DNA of 64,000 nucleotides from positions 16,554,001 through 16,618,000 of the forward strand of contig OX597823.1 of assembly GCA_951406725.2 (NCBI GenBank), read 5' to 3'. Position 1 is the first letter of the stretch. Each line of letters starts with the position of its first letter. The notes under the pieces are model-generated. The model made no database searches and was not told where the DNA came from. It saw only the letters and a list, made by a program, of their open reading frames with translations. This DNA is from Octopus vulgaris (taxonomy: Eukaryota). Of this stretch, positions 25,762 to 38,829 are shown piece by piece. The position numbers and the translations under genes are program-made.

Positions 25762-25885
25762 TATGTTTGACTTTTGCTTTATATTTGTACAAGTTGGCTC
25801 CAAGTCTCACCCAGAGACCTCAAGAGACAACAGGTTGGAAGTTCATGTTGTTGTTATGCCTAGTGTGCCATATATTTGGGGGGGA
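25762..25885 (-). mobile_element. R4/Dong-like family 2 3'UTR fragment inside (ATT)n
   Basis: Reverse complement of ~3385-3508. Confidence 0.85.
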
Positions 25886-25973
25886 GTTTTTGGTGTTATT
25901 GCTATTGTTACTATTATTATTATTATTATTGTTGTTGTTGTTGTTGCCATTATAATTATTATTGTTACTATTA

Positions 25974-26060
<87 letters not shown>

Positions 26061-26076
26061 ACTGTGATTTCTGTCG

Positions 26077-26893
26077 ACTCCCTCAGCCCTATTCCTAACT
26101 TGTTTTTCTAAAATACACAATGAATGTTCAATAATATTGAGCTCTGGAGACTGTGGTGGCCAGATAAGATGTTTGACTTCACTAGACTGTTCCTTGTGCC
26201 ATTCAGTAACAACTTTAGCAGTGTGAATTGGTGTATTATCACCCTGAAAGATTGCGTTTCCCTCTGGAAACAGTTCCGCAACCATAGGATGAATTTGATC
26301 AGATAAAATGCTTAAATAGTCTTGACTATTAATTATGCCATGATGGGAAACCATTGGTTTGGCGGATTTCCAAGATATAGCCCCCTCCCCCAGATCATCA
26401 CAGATCCTCCTTCATGTTTGACAGTTGGAAGAAGGCAACCTGGGTCAAATGCTTCTTTTGGCTGTCCTCACATGTATACTCGGCCAGTGGTCGGAAATAG
26501 GGTAAAGGATGACTCATCCAAGAAAATAACATTCTTCCACTGCTCTAGGGACCAATTCTGTAGGTTTTTACTCCACTCTAAAATGCTTTGCGACGTTTTT
26601 GAAAGTAGTGGTTTTCTGATTGCAGCCCTCCCTTGAAATCTGGCTTTGTGCATCTCCCAGCAAACAGTTTTTTGGAAACTGGGTTCTTGAGGTGGTCATT
26701 AAGCTCTGCAGTACTTTTGGGAGCTGTACTTTTGTCATCCTTTCTAACAATTTGCATAACAGTCCAATGATCTTTATCTGAAAGTTTTGGTTTTCTTCTG
26801 GAGTTTTGTTTCCACAAGGACGTTTTCCCCTCTTTCTCAAAGGCTGTCATTACTTTCAAGACAGTACTTCTTGATACACCAAACATTTCTGCA
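26077..26893 (-). pseudogene. Tc1-family (DD34E) transposase remnant, frameshifted
   Basis: GVSRSTV HTH, AAIRKPLLS, WKNVIFLDES, TVKHEGGSVMIWG, IFQGDNTPIHTAK, WPPQSPELNIIE. Confidence 0.9.
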
Positions 26894-28796
26894 GGAAATT
26901 ACTCTGAAAGAAATTTTTGCAGAAAGGTGAGTAGATTGATTACATTATGTTATCGCAGTTTTGTGAGATTTGGGTGTTATTTCTAGCATGTGGCTAGCCT
27001 GCTTAAAGGCCTGGGGTATATATATATATTTTTGTTGAAAAATTGAAATTTTACAAACAAATTTTGTTCAGAACCGTTATCTTCGTATTTTTCTACGTAT
27101 TTCACAAAAAAAAAAAAAAAATCCGGAAAAATCCGGGGGGGTGGGGTGAAATTTTGAAATTTTTTTTTTTCCGAATTGGATCCTCCATAACGAAAAACGT
27201 GGGATTCCGTAAAAAAAAAAATCAGTACATATCTATTTTACCGAAAGTCATGACAGAAAAATCGGATCTTGTGAATTTTCCAAAAGTCCCCCCCACCCAC
27301 CAGGGTCGTTAGCGCAATGTTTTTTTTTTTACATAACCGTTTTCTACATGTTAAAACCCAGCAGGCTATTTTTTTTTTGTTTTTTTGTTCATGGGTGAAG
27401 ATCTTTATAGTGACCGTTCGAAATTAAAAATATTAAAATAAATAAACTTAAAATTTTGAAAAAATTTTGATGTGTGTCAGTATGCATGAGTGCGCACCCA
27501 CTATTTTCAACTTTTACATTATTTTCCATTATAATTGTCGTCTATACCATCTGAAAAATAGCTGCACAAAATTTCTTTTTTAAAATATTCCTTTCCCTGA
27601 AGGAGTGGGGTGAATAAGTGTGTCAATTAAGTCTAGTAACTGGGATTACAGGTGGGGCTATATACTTTAAAGAATATCGGAAGCGAGTACTTGGCCGAAA
27701 GACAAACAAGGAACTCAGTTTTGATTCTCAATCATAGACTTTTTTTCTATTGGTACCTATATTTAGTTTAGAAAAAGAAAACATTGAAAGATAACGCCAA
27801 TATTTTTGCGTAGAAGTATACAGTCTATTCAAGCAACTGGTTTTTCACTGGGAATTATTTTATTAACCCCAGAAGGACGATACCTAAAGATGAACTCTTT
27901 GGGATTTGAACCGAGAACGGCAAAATACCGAAAGGTAATTTATCTGTCCACTCAACTGTTACTACACTCTACTAGCTATATTTCGTGGAAAGGGGGAATT
28001 GATTACGTCTCTGACAATAATATAAAAATATTCCGCTTTTACAACTTTTTTTTTTACTATCAGTTATATTTATATATCTATTTAAGCTTTGGGACAATAC
28101 GGGCTTCCATAGCCTGTACCAAAAGTTTAAAATTTACCCGCAAATCAATAAGTTTTATTACGAAAGTCTATTTCGATCTGAGAACGTTTGTGTAATTAAG
28201 ATAATCTTAGACTATCCTCATTTAAACATTGTTCGAAACAGCATCCTAGTTACTGCCAACAATGCACAACATACGGTCTATGTTTTGTTTTCATAAAGAT
28301 AATCAATAACGTGTTCAAAGTAGTAGAATTTTCAAAACAAAAGAAATAAGATATACATCGCCCGTCCTATGATGTGTGTGTGTGTGTGTGTGTGTATAGT
28401 CTGATGGCAGCGAGCAAGCCGAAATTTCGAAGTCCCTCTTAACTGTTGCTTCGTAAAAATTAATATTATACTCTAGTAAACACTACTAAAGAATTCTTCA
28501 GTTTAACTTTCAATTGGTTTTATATATAACTTCACATATAAACAAACATTGCCAGTAGTAATGCCGCGTGCGTATTGGCTTGTTCCGTGGAACTTTGCGA
28601 TGTGCACTTGGTGTTGAATTGGTGCATTTTTATTCCCCTTTCTGACGGTTTTTCTTCTTTTTTGTTTTTATTTTTATTTTCTTTCTCTTTCGTTTTCTTC
28701 CCTTGTTCCCCCTTTTTTCCATTTTTACTTTTGGATATTGGATAAGAACGAGTGGTAGTTGTGATGCACGACTGCTACAGTCGATTTTTTTTACTT

Positions 28797-28990
28797 ATAA
28801 TAATAATAATAATGAAATTATTGTATACAGTGCTGAGGTGCACCACAACTTGTCAAAAGTGCGTATAAAGTATATGCTGTAGTGTACAAATGTCTGGAAA
28901 GCGACATGCGTGTGTATGGAGGTGGGGGAGAAATCAGGTGTAGTGTTGGCGAATCTCAGGAAGAATTGAAAGTTTTGAAAGATGCAGTGA
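28797..28990 (-). mobile_element. LINE 3' end (CR1/L2-like), same family as 21121-21265
   Basis: TATACAGTGCTGAGGTGCACCACAAC next to (AAT)n. Confidence 0.6.
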
Positions 28991-29259
28991 AATTTTGAAA
29001 GAAGTATCTATAAAATAATTTCATTTGTTTGAAAAGTAAAATAAAACTTAAAAAAAGAAACCCATTATATATGGGTTGACAGAATCGTTAGGACGCCGGA
29101 CAAAATGCTTCGTGGCATTTCTTCTGCTTTTACTTTCTGAGTTCAAATTCGCCATGGTCGATTCTTTACCTTTCTTCTTTTAGGGGTAGATAAAATAGGT
29201 ACTAATCGATGTAATTGACGGTCCACTTCCCCCAAATTTCAGGTTTTGGGCTTACATAG

Positions 29260-29601
29260 GTGTACCCTTCCCCCCGACTTTGTTTCCTCATAACTTTCGG
29301 GGAAAAAAAATGGATATTTTTAAATGAAATCTTTTACAAATACTTTTCGGATGTTGTAGATTTCGATTAGTTCTCCATAGAAAATTTCCTTAAAAAATAC
29401 ACATTTTTCTGAAAGTTATTAGGAAATCGAATCCTGTGAATTTTCAGAAACTTCTCTCCCCATCCTCGGAAAAAAGAATTCACAACAAATTCCGATATGA
29501 TCAGAATCTACATCACCTGAAGGATTTTTGTAGAAAATTTCATTAAAATATATCTATTTTACTGAGAGTTATGAGGAAACAAAGTGGTGGTGGGGGTACA
29601 C
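29260..29601. mobile_element. Palindromic MITE-like element with ~105-bp imperfect inverted arms
   Basis: GTGTACCC..CTTTGTTTCCTCATAACT..TGTAGATT versus AATCTACA..AGTTATGAGGAAACAAAG..GGGTACAC. Related motifs near 27230-27300 and 45545-45610. Confidence 0.65.
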
Positions 29602-30871
29602 TGGTGTACGTCCACAGGTTTTAGGGGATGCGACAAAAAGATGGAAACTGTATACTTCAAAATCGCTTTCCAGAATAAAACGAACTTGCTCTTCACTATA
29701 ACTTTCTTCTATTAAGCACACCAAAAACTTAATAGTTTCACAGAATTATATGTGACAATTTATTCTTTTTTAATAAGTTACTTGTTAGAAAATTGATGTT
29801 CCGTGATATTATATTTGCAGAGGAGTGCGGAAATTAACCCAGCGTTTCCTACAGGTGCACGGTATAGAAAAAGGTTTGTTATTAACTTTTTATGTACTTA
29901 TGTAATCTCTGTTTAATCTTTGATTCGATTCTCCATTCCAAAAACATATCTATTGAAACTTGCATGTCCGACATGATCAGAATCTACATCACCTGTAGAT
30001 TGTGAATTCTTTTTTCCGAGGATGGGGAGAGAAGTTTCTGAAAATTCACAGGATTCGATTTCCTAATAACTTTCAGAAAAATGTGTATTTTTTAAGGAAA
30101 TTTTCTATGGAGAACTTAATCTATTGAAACTTGCATGTCTCACTTATTTGGAAAATATGCAACTCAGCTTCCTGAAATGTTGTCAGAAAAAGGGGAGAAA
30201 AGCCCTTTAGGTCTTAAATACACTAACACAAACACACCCAACACATGCACGCACACATACACACAGAGAAGTAACTTCACAAATAAGTTCATTCATAATA
30301 GAAGGCATACCTTACAGAAAAAAAAACACAGAGGAAGATAAGAAAGCAAAGAAAGAGAGAGAGAGAGATGAGTGACAATGAAAGACATATGTTAAGAGCA
30401 GTTACCTGCTACTGTTGCATGGCTCGAAGAGGTTTAGGTAATGACCACAACATCGAACAGAGAAACTGACAAGAAAATGAATTCATTAGAATTGCGCTTT
30501 CCATAAACGCATGAATGAGTGAGCGAACAAATAAATGAATGAATGCTAGAATACCTAAAAGCTAAAAGAAACAGAAGCCAGTTGTAAGCGAGAGAGTGGT
30601 GGTGGTGGTGGGGGGGGGTGAAACAGAGGAGGAGGAGGAGGGGGATCAGCAATAAAGGCGGCGGTGACAGTCTTTGAGTTGGATGTGTGATGGTGGTGGT
30701 GGTGGTGGTGGTGGTTGTGGGGTGCGCGCGCGTGGGTGACACCACTGCTTACTGCTGGAAAATTTTAGTTTACAAACTAAATGTAGTTTTAAGTACTGAG
30801 CATGTGTGTGTGCGTGCGTGTGTGTGTGTGTGTGTGTGTGCGTGGTGTGTGTGTGTGTGTAGTGTGGAAAT

Positions 30872-31257
30872 GGTAGCACTCCGTCGGTTACGACGACGAG
30901 GGGTTCCAGTTGATCCGAATCAACGGAACAGCCTGCTCGTGAAATTAACGTGTAAGTGGCTGAGCACTCCACAGACACGTGTACCCTTAACGTAGTTCTC
31001 GGGGATATTCAGCGTGACACAGAGAGTGACAAGGCCGGCCCTTTGAAATACAGGTACAACAGAAACAGGAAGTAAGAGTGAGAGAAAGTTGTGGTGAAAG
31101 AGTACAGCAGGGTTCACCACCATCCCCTGCCGGAGCCTCGTGGAGCTTTTAGGTGTTTTCGCTCAATAAACACTCACAACGCCTGGTCTGGGAATCGAAA
31201 CCGCGATCCTATGACCACGAGTCCGCTGCCCTAACCACTGGGCCATTGCGCCTCCAC
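30872..31257 (-). mobile_element. Full-length type B SINE
   Basis: Near-identical to 1317-1701. Confidence 0.9.
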
Positions 31258-31304
31258 TGTGTGTTGTGTAAATATGCATGTGTATATATATATATATTAT
31301 ATAT

Positions 31305-31676
31305 TCTTTTACTCTTTTACTTGTTTCAGTCATTTGACTGCGGCCATGCTGGAGCACCGCCTTTAATCGAGCAGATCGACCCCGGGACTTATTCTTTGTA
31401 AACCCAGTACTTATTCTATCGGACACTTTGGCCGAACCGCTAGGTGACGGGGACATAAACACACCAGCATCGGTTGTCAAGCAATGCTAGGGGGACAAAC
31501 ACAGACACACAAACATACACGCACATACATATATATGTATACATATATACGACAGGCTTCTTTCAGTTTCCGTCTACCAAATCCACTCGCAAGGCTTTGG
31601 TCGGCCCGAGGCTATAGTAGAAGACACTTGCCCAAAGTGCCACACAGTGGGACTGAACCCGGGACCATGTGGTTGG
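31305..31676 (-). mobile_element. Type C SINE, slightly 5'-truncated
   Basis: Reverse complement of 18500-18868. Confidence 0.9.
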
Positions 31677-31695
31677 TATATATATATATATAAAA

Positions 31696-31925
31696 GGCGG
31701 CGAGCTGGTAGAAACGTTAGCACGCCGGGCGAAATGCGTAGCCGTATTTCGTCTGTCGTTACGTTCCGAGTTCAAATTCCGCCGAGGTCGACTTTGCCTT
31801 TCATCGTTTCGGGGTCGATAAATTAAGTACCAGTTACGCACTGGGGTCGATGTAGTCGACTTAATCCCTTTGTCTGTCCTTGTTTGTCCCCTCTGTGTTT
31901 AGCCCCTTGTGGGTAGTAAAGAAAT
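31696..31925 (+). mobile_element. Type A SINE
   Basis: GGCGGCGAGCTGGTAGAAACGTTAGC head, same body and tail as 16569. Confidence 0.9.
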
Positions 31926-31983
31926 ATATATATATATATATGTATTATATATATATATTATATATATACACACACATACATAC

Positions 31984-32025
<42 letters not shown>

Positions 32026-32166
32026 ATTTATTCTTTTATTTGTTTCAGTCATTTGACTGTGGCTATGCTGGAGCACCGCCTTTAGTCGAACAAATTGGAC
32101 CCAAGATTTATTCTTTGTAAGCCTAGTACTTATTCATTCTATCGGTCTGTTTTGCCGAACCACTAG

Positions 32167-32468
32167 GAGCACTCCGTCGGTTACGACGACGAGGGTCCCA
32201 GCTGATACGACCAACGGAACAGCCTACGCGTGAAATTAACGTGCAAGTGGCTGAGCACTCCACATACACGTGTAGCCTTAATGTAGTTCCCAGAATGTGA
32301 CAAGGCTGAGCCCTTTGAAATACAGGTATAACTCATTTTCCCCAGCTGAGTGAACTGTAGCAACGTGAAATAAAGTGTCTTGCTCAAGGACACAACGCGT
32401 CGCCGGGAATTGAACTCACAACCTTATGATTGTGAACCGAATGCCCTAACTACTAAGCTACGCGCCTT
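32167..32468 (-). mobile_element. Chimeric SINE: type D body with type B tail
   Basis: 32167-32330 matches the type B tail (1320-1500). 32330-32397 matches the type D body (48203-48271). tRNA-like head at 32400-32468. Confidence 0.8.
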
Positions 32469-32729
32469 TACACATACACACACACAATTATATATATATG
32501 TATGTATATATGTGTGCGTTTGTGTGCCTGTGTTTGTCCCCCACCATCGCTTGACAACCGATGCTGGTGTGTTTACGTCCTCGTGACTTAGCGGTTCGGC
32601 AAAAGAGACCGATAGAATAAGTACTAGGCTTACAAAGAATATGTCCTGGGGTCGATTCGTTCGACTAAAAGTGGTGCTCCAGCATGGCTGCAATCAAATG
32701 ACTAAAACAAGTAAAATAGTAAAACATAC

Positions 32730-33050
32730 ATGTACACTGCAACATAATTTCTTTTCCTCAACAGGCCCTGCCCTATTTAACATTGTCCCGAGGGAGATCA
32801 AAGAGGAAAAAGATGCCATCAACTTTAAACAGAGTCTAGATAGATTCCTTCAAAGAATACCAGATAAGCCACCCATAATTGGATACAACTCACCCAACAA
32901 GAACTCACTACTTGAACAAAACTCACCAACAAGAACTGACTTTAAACAAAACTTGACTTAAACAGGATTCGAATAATCCTACCAGGTGGTGCTATCAAGT
33001 TAGACATGGCCTGGACCAATCTTTGGTCGAAACATATCTAAGTTTATCTA

Positions 33051-33055
<5 letters not shown>
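32730..33055 (+). mobile_element. CR1/L2-group LINE 3' end
   Basis: HNFFSSTGPALFNIVPREIK..FKQSLDRFLQRIPDKP. Terminal hairpin GACCAATCTTTGGTC and repeated TATCTAAGTT tail. Confidence 0.7.
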
Positions 33056-33140
<85 letters not shown>

Positions 33141-33144
33141 CATA

Positions 33145-33474
33145 CAAATTGAGATAGGGGTTGTAAATGCAACCCTCCATGGGATAACATATATCCAATA
33201 TACTGCTAGTGAAGTACCCAGCAGAGTTAATACATAAATGTTAAGAATTGCGATGCAATTAATTCATTTACTGTATTATATGGGCAAAGGTAAAATGATT
33301 TACCACAAATTACTAATACAAAATAAGAAAATGGAGAAATACATCTAAATCAAATATCAATTACCAGATAATACTCAATCACATACTCTTATGTGGTGGT
33401 TTAATAAAGTATGTGATTGAGTATTATCTGGTAATTGATATTTGATTTAGATGTATTTCTCCATTTTCTTATCT

Positions 33475-33478
<4 letters not shown>
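33145..33478. mobile_element. Penelope pLTR-type fragment with 71-bp terminal inversion, between (TA)n tracts
   Basis: 33317-33387 is the reverse complement of 33408-33478. Homologous to 38828-39220 and 41352-41840. Confidence 0.7.
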
Positions 33479-33512
<34 letters not shown>

Positions 33513-33889
33513 CACACATTGAAAAGTAACACACGCGCGTTGATATGTAAAAGGAAAACAGGACAAGGTAGAAAATGCTAAAATAATGTTATCATGAAGA
33601 ACATTTTAGTACCGGTTTCAGTCTGTGTAACTTTTTCAACTTAGAGTAAAGCATGGAAAACAATGAAATTGTGGAGAAATTAAATGAAATGTTTTTATTT
33701 TTAAAAGTCCATAGTTTTCAAAGACACGAAGTTTCCTTTTTTCTATCTTTCTCTCTTTTACTTTTGTGAAAGCTCAGTAGGTAGGTAGGTAAGTAGGTAG
33801 GTAGGTAGGTAGGTAGGTAGGTAGTAGTAGTAGTAGTAGTAGGAGGAGGAGGAGTATATATGCGTTCTCGTCCCTTTTTCTATCTTATA

Positions 33890-34245
33890 CTTTTATTCTT
33901 TTACTAGCTTCAGTCATTTGACTGCGGCCTTGCTGGAGCACCGCCTTTAGTCGAGCAAATCGACCCTAGGACTTATTATTTGGAAGCCTAGTACTTATTC
34001 TATCGGTCTCTTTTGCTGAACCGCTAAGTTACGTGGACGTAAACACACCACCATCGGTTGTCAAGCGATGTTGGGGGGAGGGGGCAAACACAGACACACA
34101 AACATATACACACATACATATATACATATACATATATACGACGGGCTTCTTTCAGTTTCCGTCAACCAAATCCACTCACAAGGTATTGGTCGGCCCGAGG
34201 CTATAAGTCACTTGCCCAATGTGCCACACAGTGGGACTGAACCTG
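33890..34245 (-). mobile_element. Type C SINE
   Basis: Matches 31305-31665. Confidence 0.85.
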
Positions 34246-34512
34246 CAACTACATAAGTTCCTTATATGGAGCTCTGAAATCCCCTTTACCCCATTTCTAT
34301 AATTAGAAAATCTTTATTGTCTTCTTTCACTTGTTCTTCCCTCTCAGAACCTTACAGTAGTCCGGAACAACCGAATCTTAGTCAGTCAGTTGATGGGCTC
34401 CACTACCTCAAATGTTCTTAAAATTTAAATCCACATCTTTGTCTGTATATCTACCTTCTCTATAATGTTGCCACTTGATATGAAAATTTTTGTATTTATG
34501 GAAAACCTCTAT

Positions 34513-34603
34513 AATTGGCTGATGAGTGCTCAGCATTTTAAAACTGTTATAATACTTACAACATTTAATAAAATGATGTAGTACGAAACGATCGTACCAA
34601 ATT
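34513..34603 (+). ncRNA. Canonical minimal type I hammerhead ribozyme motif in a Penelope pLTR
   Basis: UUGG-CUGAUGA-GUGCU..AGUAC-GAAA-CGAUCG-UA-CCAA. All core nucleotides are present, stem-loop III is palindromic, predicted cleavage is after 34596. Confidence 0.85.
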
Positions 34604-34731
34604 ACCGGAGTCATTCTTGTTGCTTATTTTGATTATAATTACACCCACGGATTTTTATGGATAACGCCATACAGAATTCTGGTGCATCTAAATTAAGTAC
34701 CATATTCATTTGAATCTAAATTTTTGCTGAA

Positions 34732-34776
<45 letters not shown>

Positions 34777-35400
34777 CGACGTACGTACACTTTGGTCTCT
34801 TATGTGTAAGTATATATTTATCAAAATCTTGTACGACTCTATTCTTTCCTTCTAGCAGCCCTTTCACGCTTATTCGTTCGTTCTTTTGTTTCCCTTCTCT
34901 CACATTTCCCTTCCTTCTCTTCTTGCTCACTTTCCCTCCTCTTCTCATTTCACTGTCCCTGTCATTTTTTCTCGCCCCTCAATTCTTCTGTCCCTACCTC
35001 CCTCTCTTCTCTCCCCACATGACCGGTGTTCGGCCAAGCCAGCTCTTTTTTTCTCTTGGTTCGGCCGTCGTCCGTGCAGACACTGAAATGAACGAATGGC
35101 TCCGCATATAACATCTGAATGTATATATTTTTCTCTGATGAAATTATGCTCATGTCACATAAATGCAAATTTAATGTACAAATTTGTAATTAAGTTATTG
35201 AGTATTAATTGAAACGGTTGTAAGAAATAAAGATGACCAATTTGTTAATAATAAATAATCTATTAACTTCCTACTCTCCATTTCCTTTTCTTCATTTAAC
35301 TGGATATAAACAATATGCTTAAATATATACCTATTGTTTTAATTGAATTTCATTCTCCAGTAATGATTGGTATTGAATTAGTATCTCCTTGAATGTAACC

Positions 35401-35886
<486 letters not shown>

Positions 35887-36489
35887 TCTTTTACTATATA
35901 TAAATAGGAAAAAAGCAACAAGAATGGATTAAAATCTCGGTACAATTGTTTTTAATCCATTCTTGTTGCTTTTTTCCTATTTGTAATCACCCCACTTGTC
36001 GTATGGTTAACACCATATAGATTTCCGGTGCATCCTAGTTAAGGACCATATTCATGTGAATTCATTAGAATTCACCTGAATCTCAATTATTTAAACCGTA
36101 TATATATATATATATATATATATATTCACACACATACTGTACGGTTATTACTACATTTTCATAAGTATTTCATGCTAATAATAGCCACCCCAAATGGATT
36201 TGATTTCGTGGGAAGATTTTTCTCTCGAATCACATAGATCTGAAGAAAGCTATATATAGTATGGAATTTATGGAAAAGCAACAGTATGTCAAACCTATTG
36301 TATCAAAACAAGAAAATTGACTGGACGCAATGTATTGGGTGCTTACATTTTTGTTTATGAAACCACTTATACATACATACATACATACATACATACATAC
36401 ATACATACATACATACATACATACATACATGCATACATACATGCATAATACATGCATGCATACGTACATACGCACATACGTACATGTGT

Positions 36490-36790
36490 GCACTTCTTTG
36501 GGGTCAGTAGTCCGGCGGATGTGAACGTACCATCAAAAGTCCAAGTAAACGAGAGCATTTATGCTGAATTAATGCAAAACTTACAGCTCTTATACATGGT
36601 TATATATTCTCGTTTGTACCTATCAACTTCATAGGTGTGTTAAGCTATGTACCTACAAATTTACGCAAAAACATAGAAGTACTAGGTTTTTCGAAGAAAG
36701 AGCAAAAGAAACTGGCGCGGATTCTTCAAATCCAGTCTATAAGTGGCACAGTGAAGATTTGTATGACATTCCTAAGGTTCGCCAGTTTAG
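36490..36790 (+). mobile_element. RLE-type non-LTR retrotransposon C-terminal remnant
   Basis: SPADVNV..IYAELMQNLQLLY..FSFVPI..GVLSYVPTNL..LGF..LQIQSISGTVKICMTFLRF resembles RLE C-termini. Confidence 0.55.
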
Positions 36791-36825
36791 ATGCTTTAGG
36801 TGAATAGATGCACATATTTGGGAGT

Positions 36826-37046
36826 CTTTATTCTTTTCTACTCTAGGCACAAGGCCCGAAATTTTGGGGAAGGGGGCCAGTCGATTAGATCGACCCCAGT
36901 GTGTAACTGGTACTTAATTTATCTACCCCGGAAGGATGAAAGGCAAAGTCGACCTCGGCGGAATTTGAACTCAGAACGTAGCGGCGGGCAAAAGACCGCT
37001 AAGCATTTCGTCCAACGTGCTAACGATTCTGCCAGCTTGCCGCCTT
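36826..37046 (-). mobile_element. Type A SINE with the alternative tail
   Basis: Same head and body as type A. Tail CCCCAAAATTTCGGGCCTTGTGCCTAGAGTAGAAAAG as at 13390-13428. Confidence 0.9.
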
Positions 37047-37544
37047 CTAGGAGTCTATATTGACAATTCAACGAAGACATCATCTCAACCACATATTTAC
37101 AAACACCGAAAACTCTCTTCACTCAAAAAGTCTCGTCGCTTTATTAGCGCCCAGCTTGAACTCCCTTATAAAACTCAAAGAAACACACACCCACGTATGT
37201 ATGTGTATTCGATCAATTGTTCATATATCCGAAAAGAAGCATACTCCAAAATATTAGAGCTGTAACAGTTAGAAGGTTGTTTATTATGTCTGGTCAGAGA
37301 GTGACCTTTGGTTTTGCATCTATAAAGCGCTTAGTTGTATAGGCGGGAGGAGTCCACAACTCTCTACAAGGAATACATCATGGTCAGTTAAGTTTGTAGA
37401 CAAAAGATTCCGGAACGAAACTTTACTGACAAAACTTCGAGCCAGGTGGAGTTATCCCCGCTTAGATCGGTTCTAATTGTGACCACGACAGGCCGGCTGA
37501 AGGTGGCTGCATTTCCCTAGTCGGTAAACGAGGAATTCCAAGTC

Positions 37545-38470
37545 TTGAACATGAATTTTCTCTGATGAGGACACTAACTAAACATCACTTTTATTTGGAG
37601 TTTAAAAAGGTCTTTGGATCAAGAGAGCCTTTCAGGATTCTTCCACTTTAGTCCAAGCAAAGCTTACATCGTTTGCTCCGTTGACGTACGGCTCCGGTTG
37701 TTCTAGGAGCTTCCATTTAATTATGTATCTTCCTTTTCTGAATGCCATACTTAACTGGCGAGGGATGCGATTTTGCACCTTCCAAGCATCCTAAAGGAGG
37801 GCTTGTGATTGTTAAAACGATGCTTAAATTGGCCGCCTGGAGAACTGACATATTTCTGTTGTTGCTGTCATTATCTCTGCTGGTTCTGTTGTCATTCCTG
37901 AACCCGTTGCTGATGGTTGTGGTGGTGGTGGTGGTGGTGGTGGTGGTGGTGCTGCTGCTGCTGCTGCTGTTGCTGCTGTTGCAGCTCGCTCTTAAAGCCG
38001 CTGCTGCTGCTGTTATCAAACACATTGCTGGTGCTGCCGGTGCTATTGCTGTCGTCGTTGCCATTGCAGCTTGATGCGCTGCTGCTGTTGCAATTGCTTT
38101 CGTTGTTGTTGTCGACGGATGTGTTGTTGGTGCCGTTAATGTTGTTGCTGTCGCTGTTGTCGCCAATGCGGTCAGTGCCACAGCCTCATACGCTATACCT
38201 TCAGAGTTGCATCGAACAACCCCACCCCCACACTACACCATAACCACCACCACCACCACCATTGAGCACTCATTGTTAACCTTGCATGAGCAATAGGGAT
38301 AACTCGGCCTGTAGAGTTTCGTACCGGTATACTTTTGTTTACAAAATTAACTGAACATGACATATTCCTCACCTCCAGTTGTAGAGAAGTTATGTACCTT
38401 CAGTCAATTGAGTCTGAACGCTCTATAAGCGCGAAACCAATGTTCACTTTCTGACTAGGGATAACAAACT
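37545..38470 (-). mobile_element. Degenerate Penelope GIY-YIG region with large trinucleotide expansion
   Basis: CSCKVNNECSM..CNSEGIAYEA, then ~320 bp of CAG/CAC/ACA repeats, then KYVSSPGGQFKHRFNNHKPSFR..SLAS*VW..IKWKLLE..PY..RCKLCL..FLNSK..CPHQRKFM. Confidence 0.75.
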
Positions 38471-38491
38471 ACCTTATATATATATATATAT

Positions 38492-38763
38492 AGGGAGAAT
38501 TCACAAAAAAACAAAAGACGAAGACTGGTGGTGTAGAAAACAAACAGATGTATTAGTATAACGCTCGGGAATTGAAAAAGTCTTTAATGTTTCGGGGCTA
38601 CGCTCTTCCACAGAAAGGAACACAGAAAGAAACAAGGAGAGAAAAGGAATGTGTGTAGTGGCTAGCGATCTATCATGGCGAATGCCGGACAGAAGGGTCA
38701 CACAGGAGAGCTAAGAAGTAGAGGAGATAACAAAGTAGTAGTGATCCCAAAACGAGGGTGCGC

Positions 38764-38768
<5 letters not shown>
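38492..38768 (-). mobile_element. Short hammerhead-bearing pLTR-like element in (TA)n
   Basis: Minus strand CUUU-CUGUGGA-A-GAGC(GUAG)CCCC-GAAA-CA-UU-AAAG, stem II damaged. Homologous to 52601-52820 and 56910-57097. Confidence 0.75.

Positions 38769-38827
<59 letters not shown>

Positions 38828-38829
<2 letters not shown>

Noticed and set aside
37562-37600. CTGATGA as a plus-strand hammerhead start
   Set aside because: No stem II or GAAA follows. It is the antisense of the Penelope CPHQRK codons.
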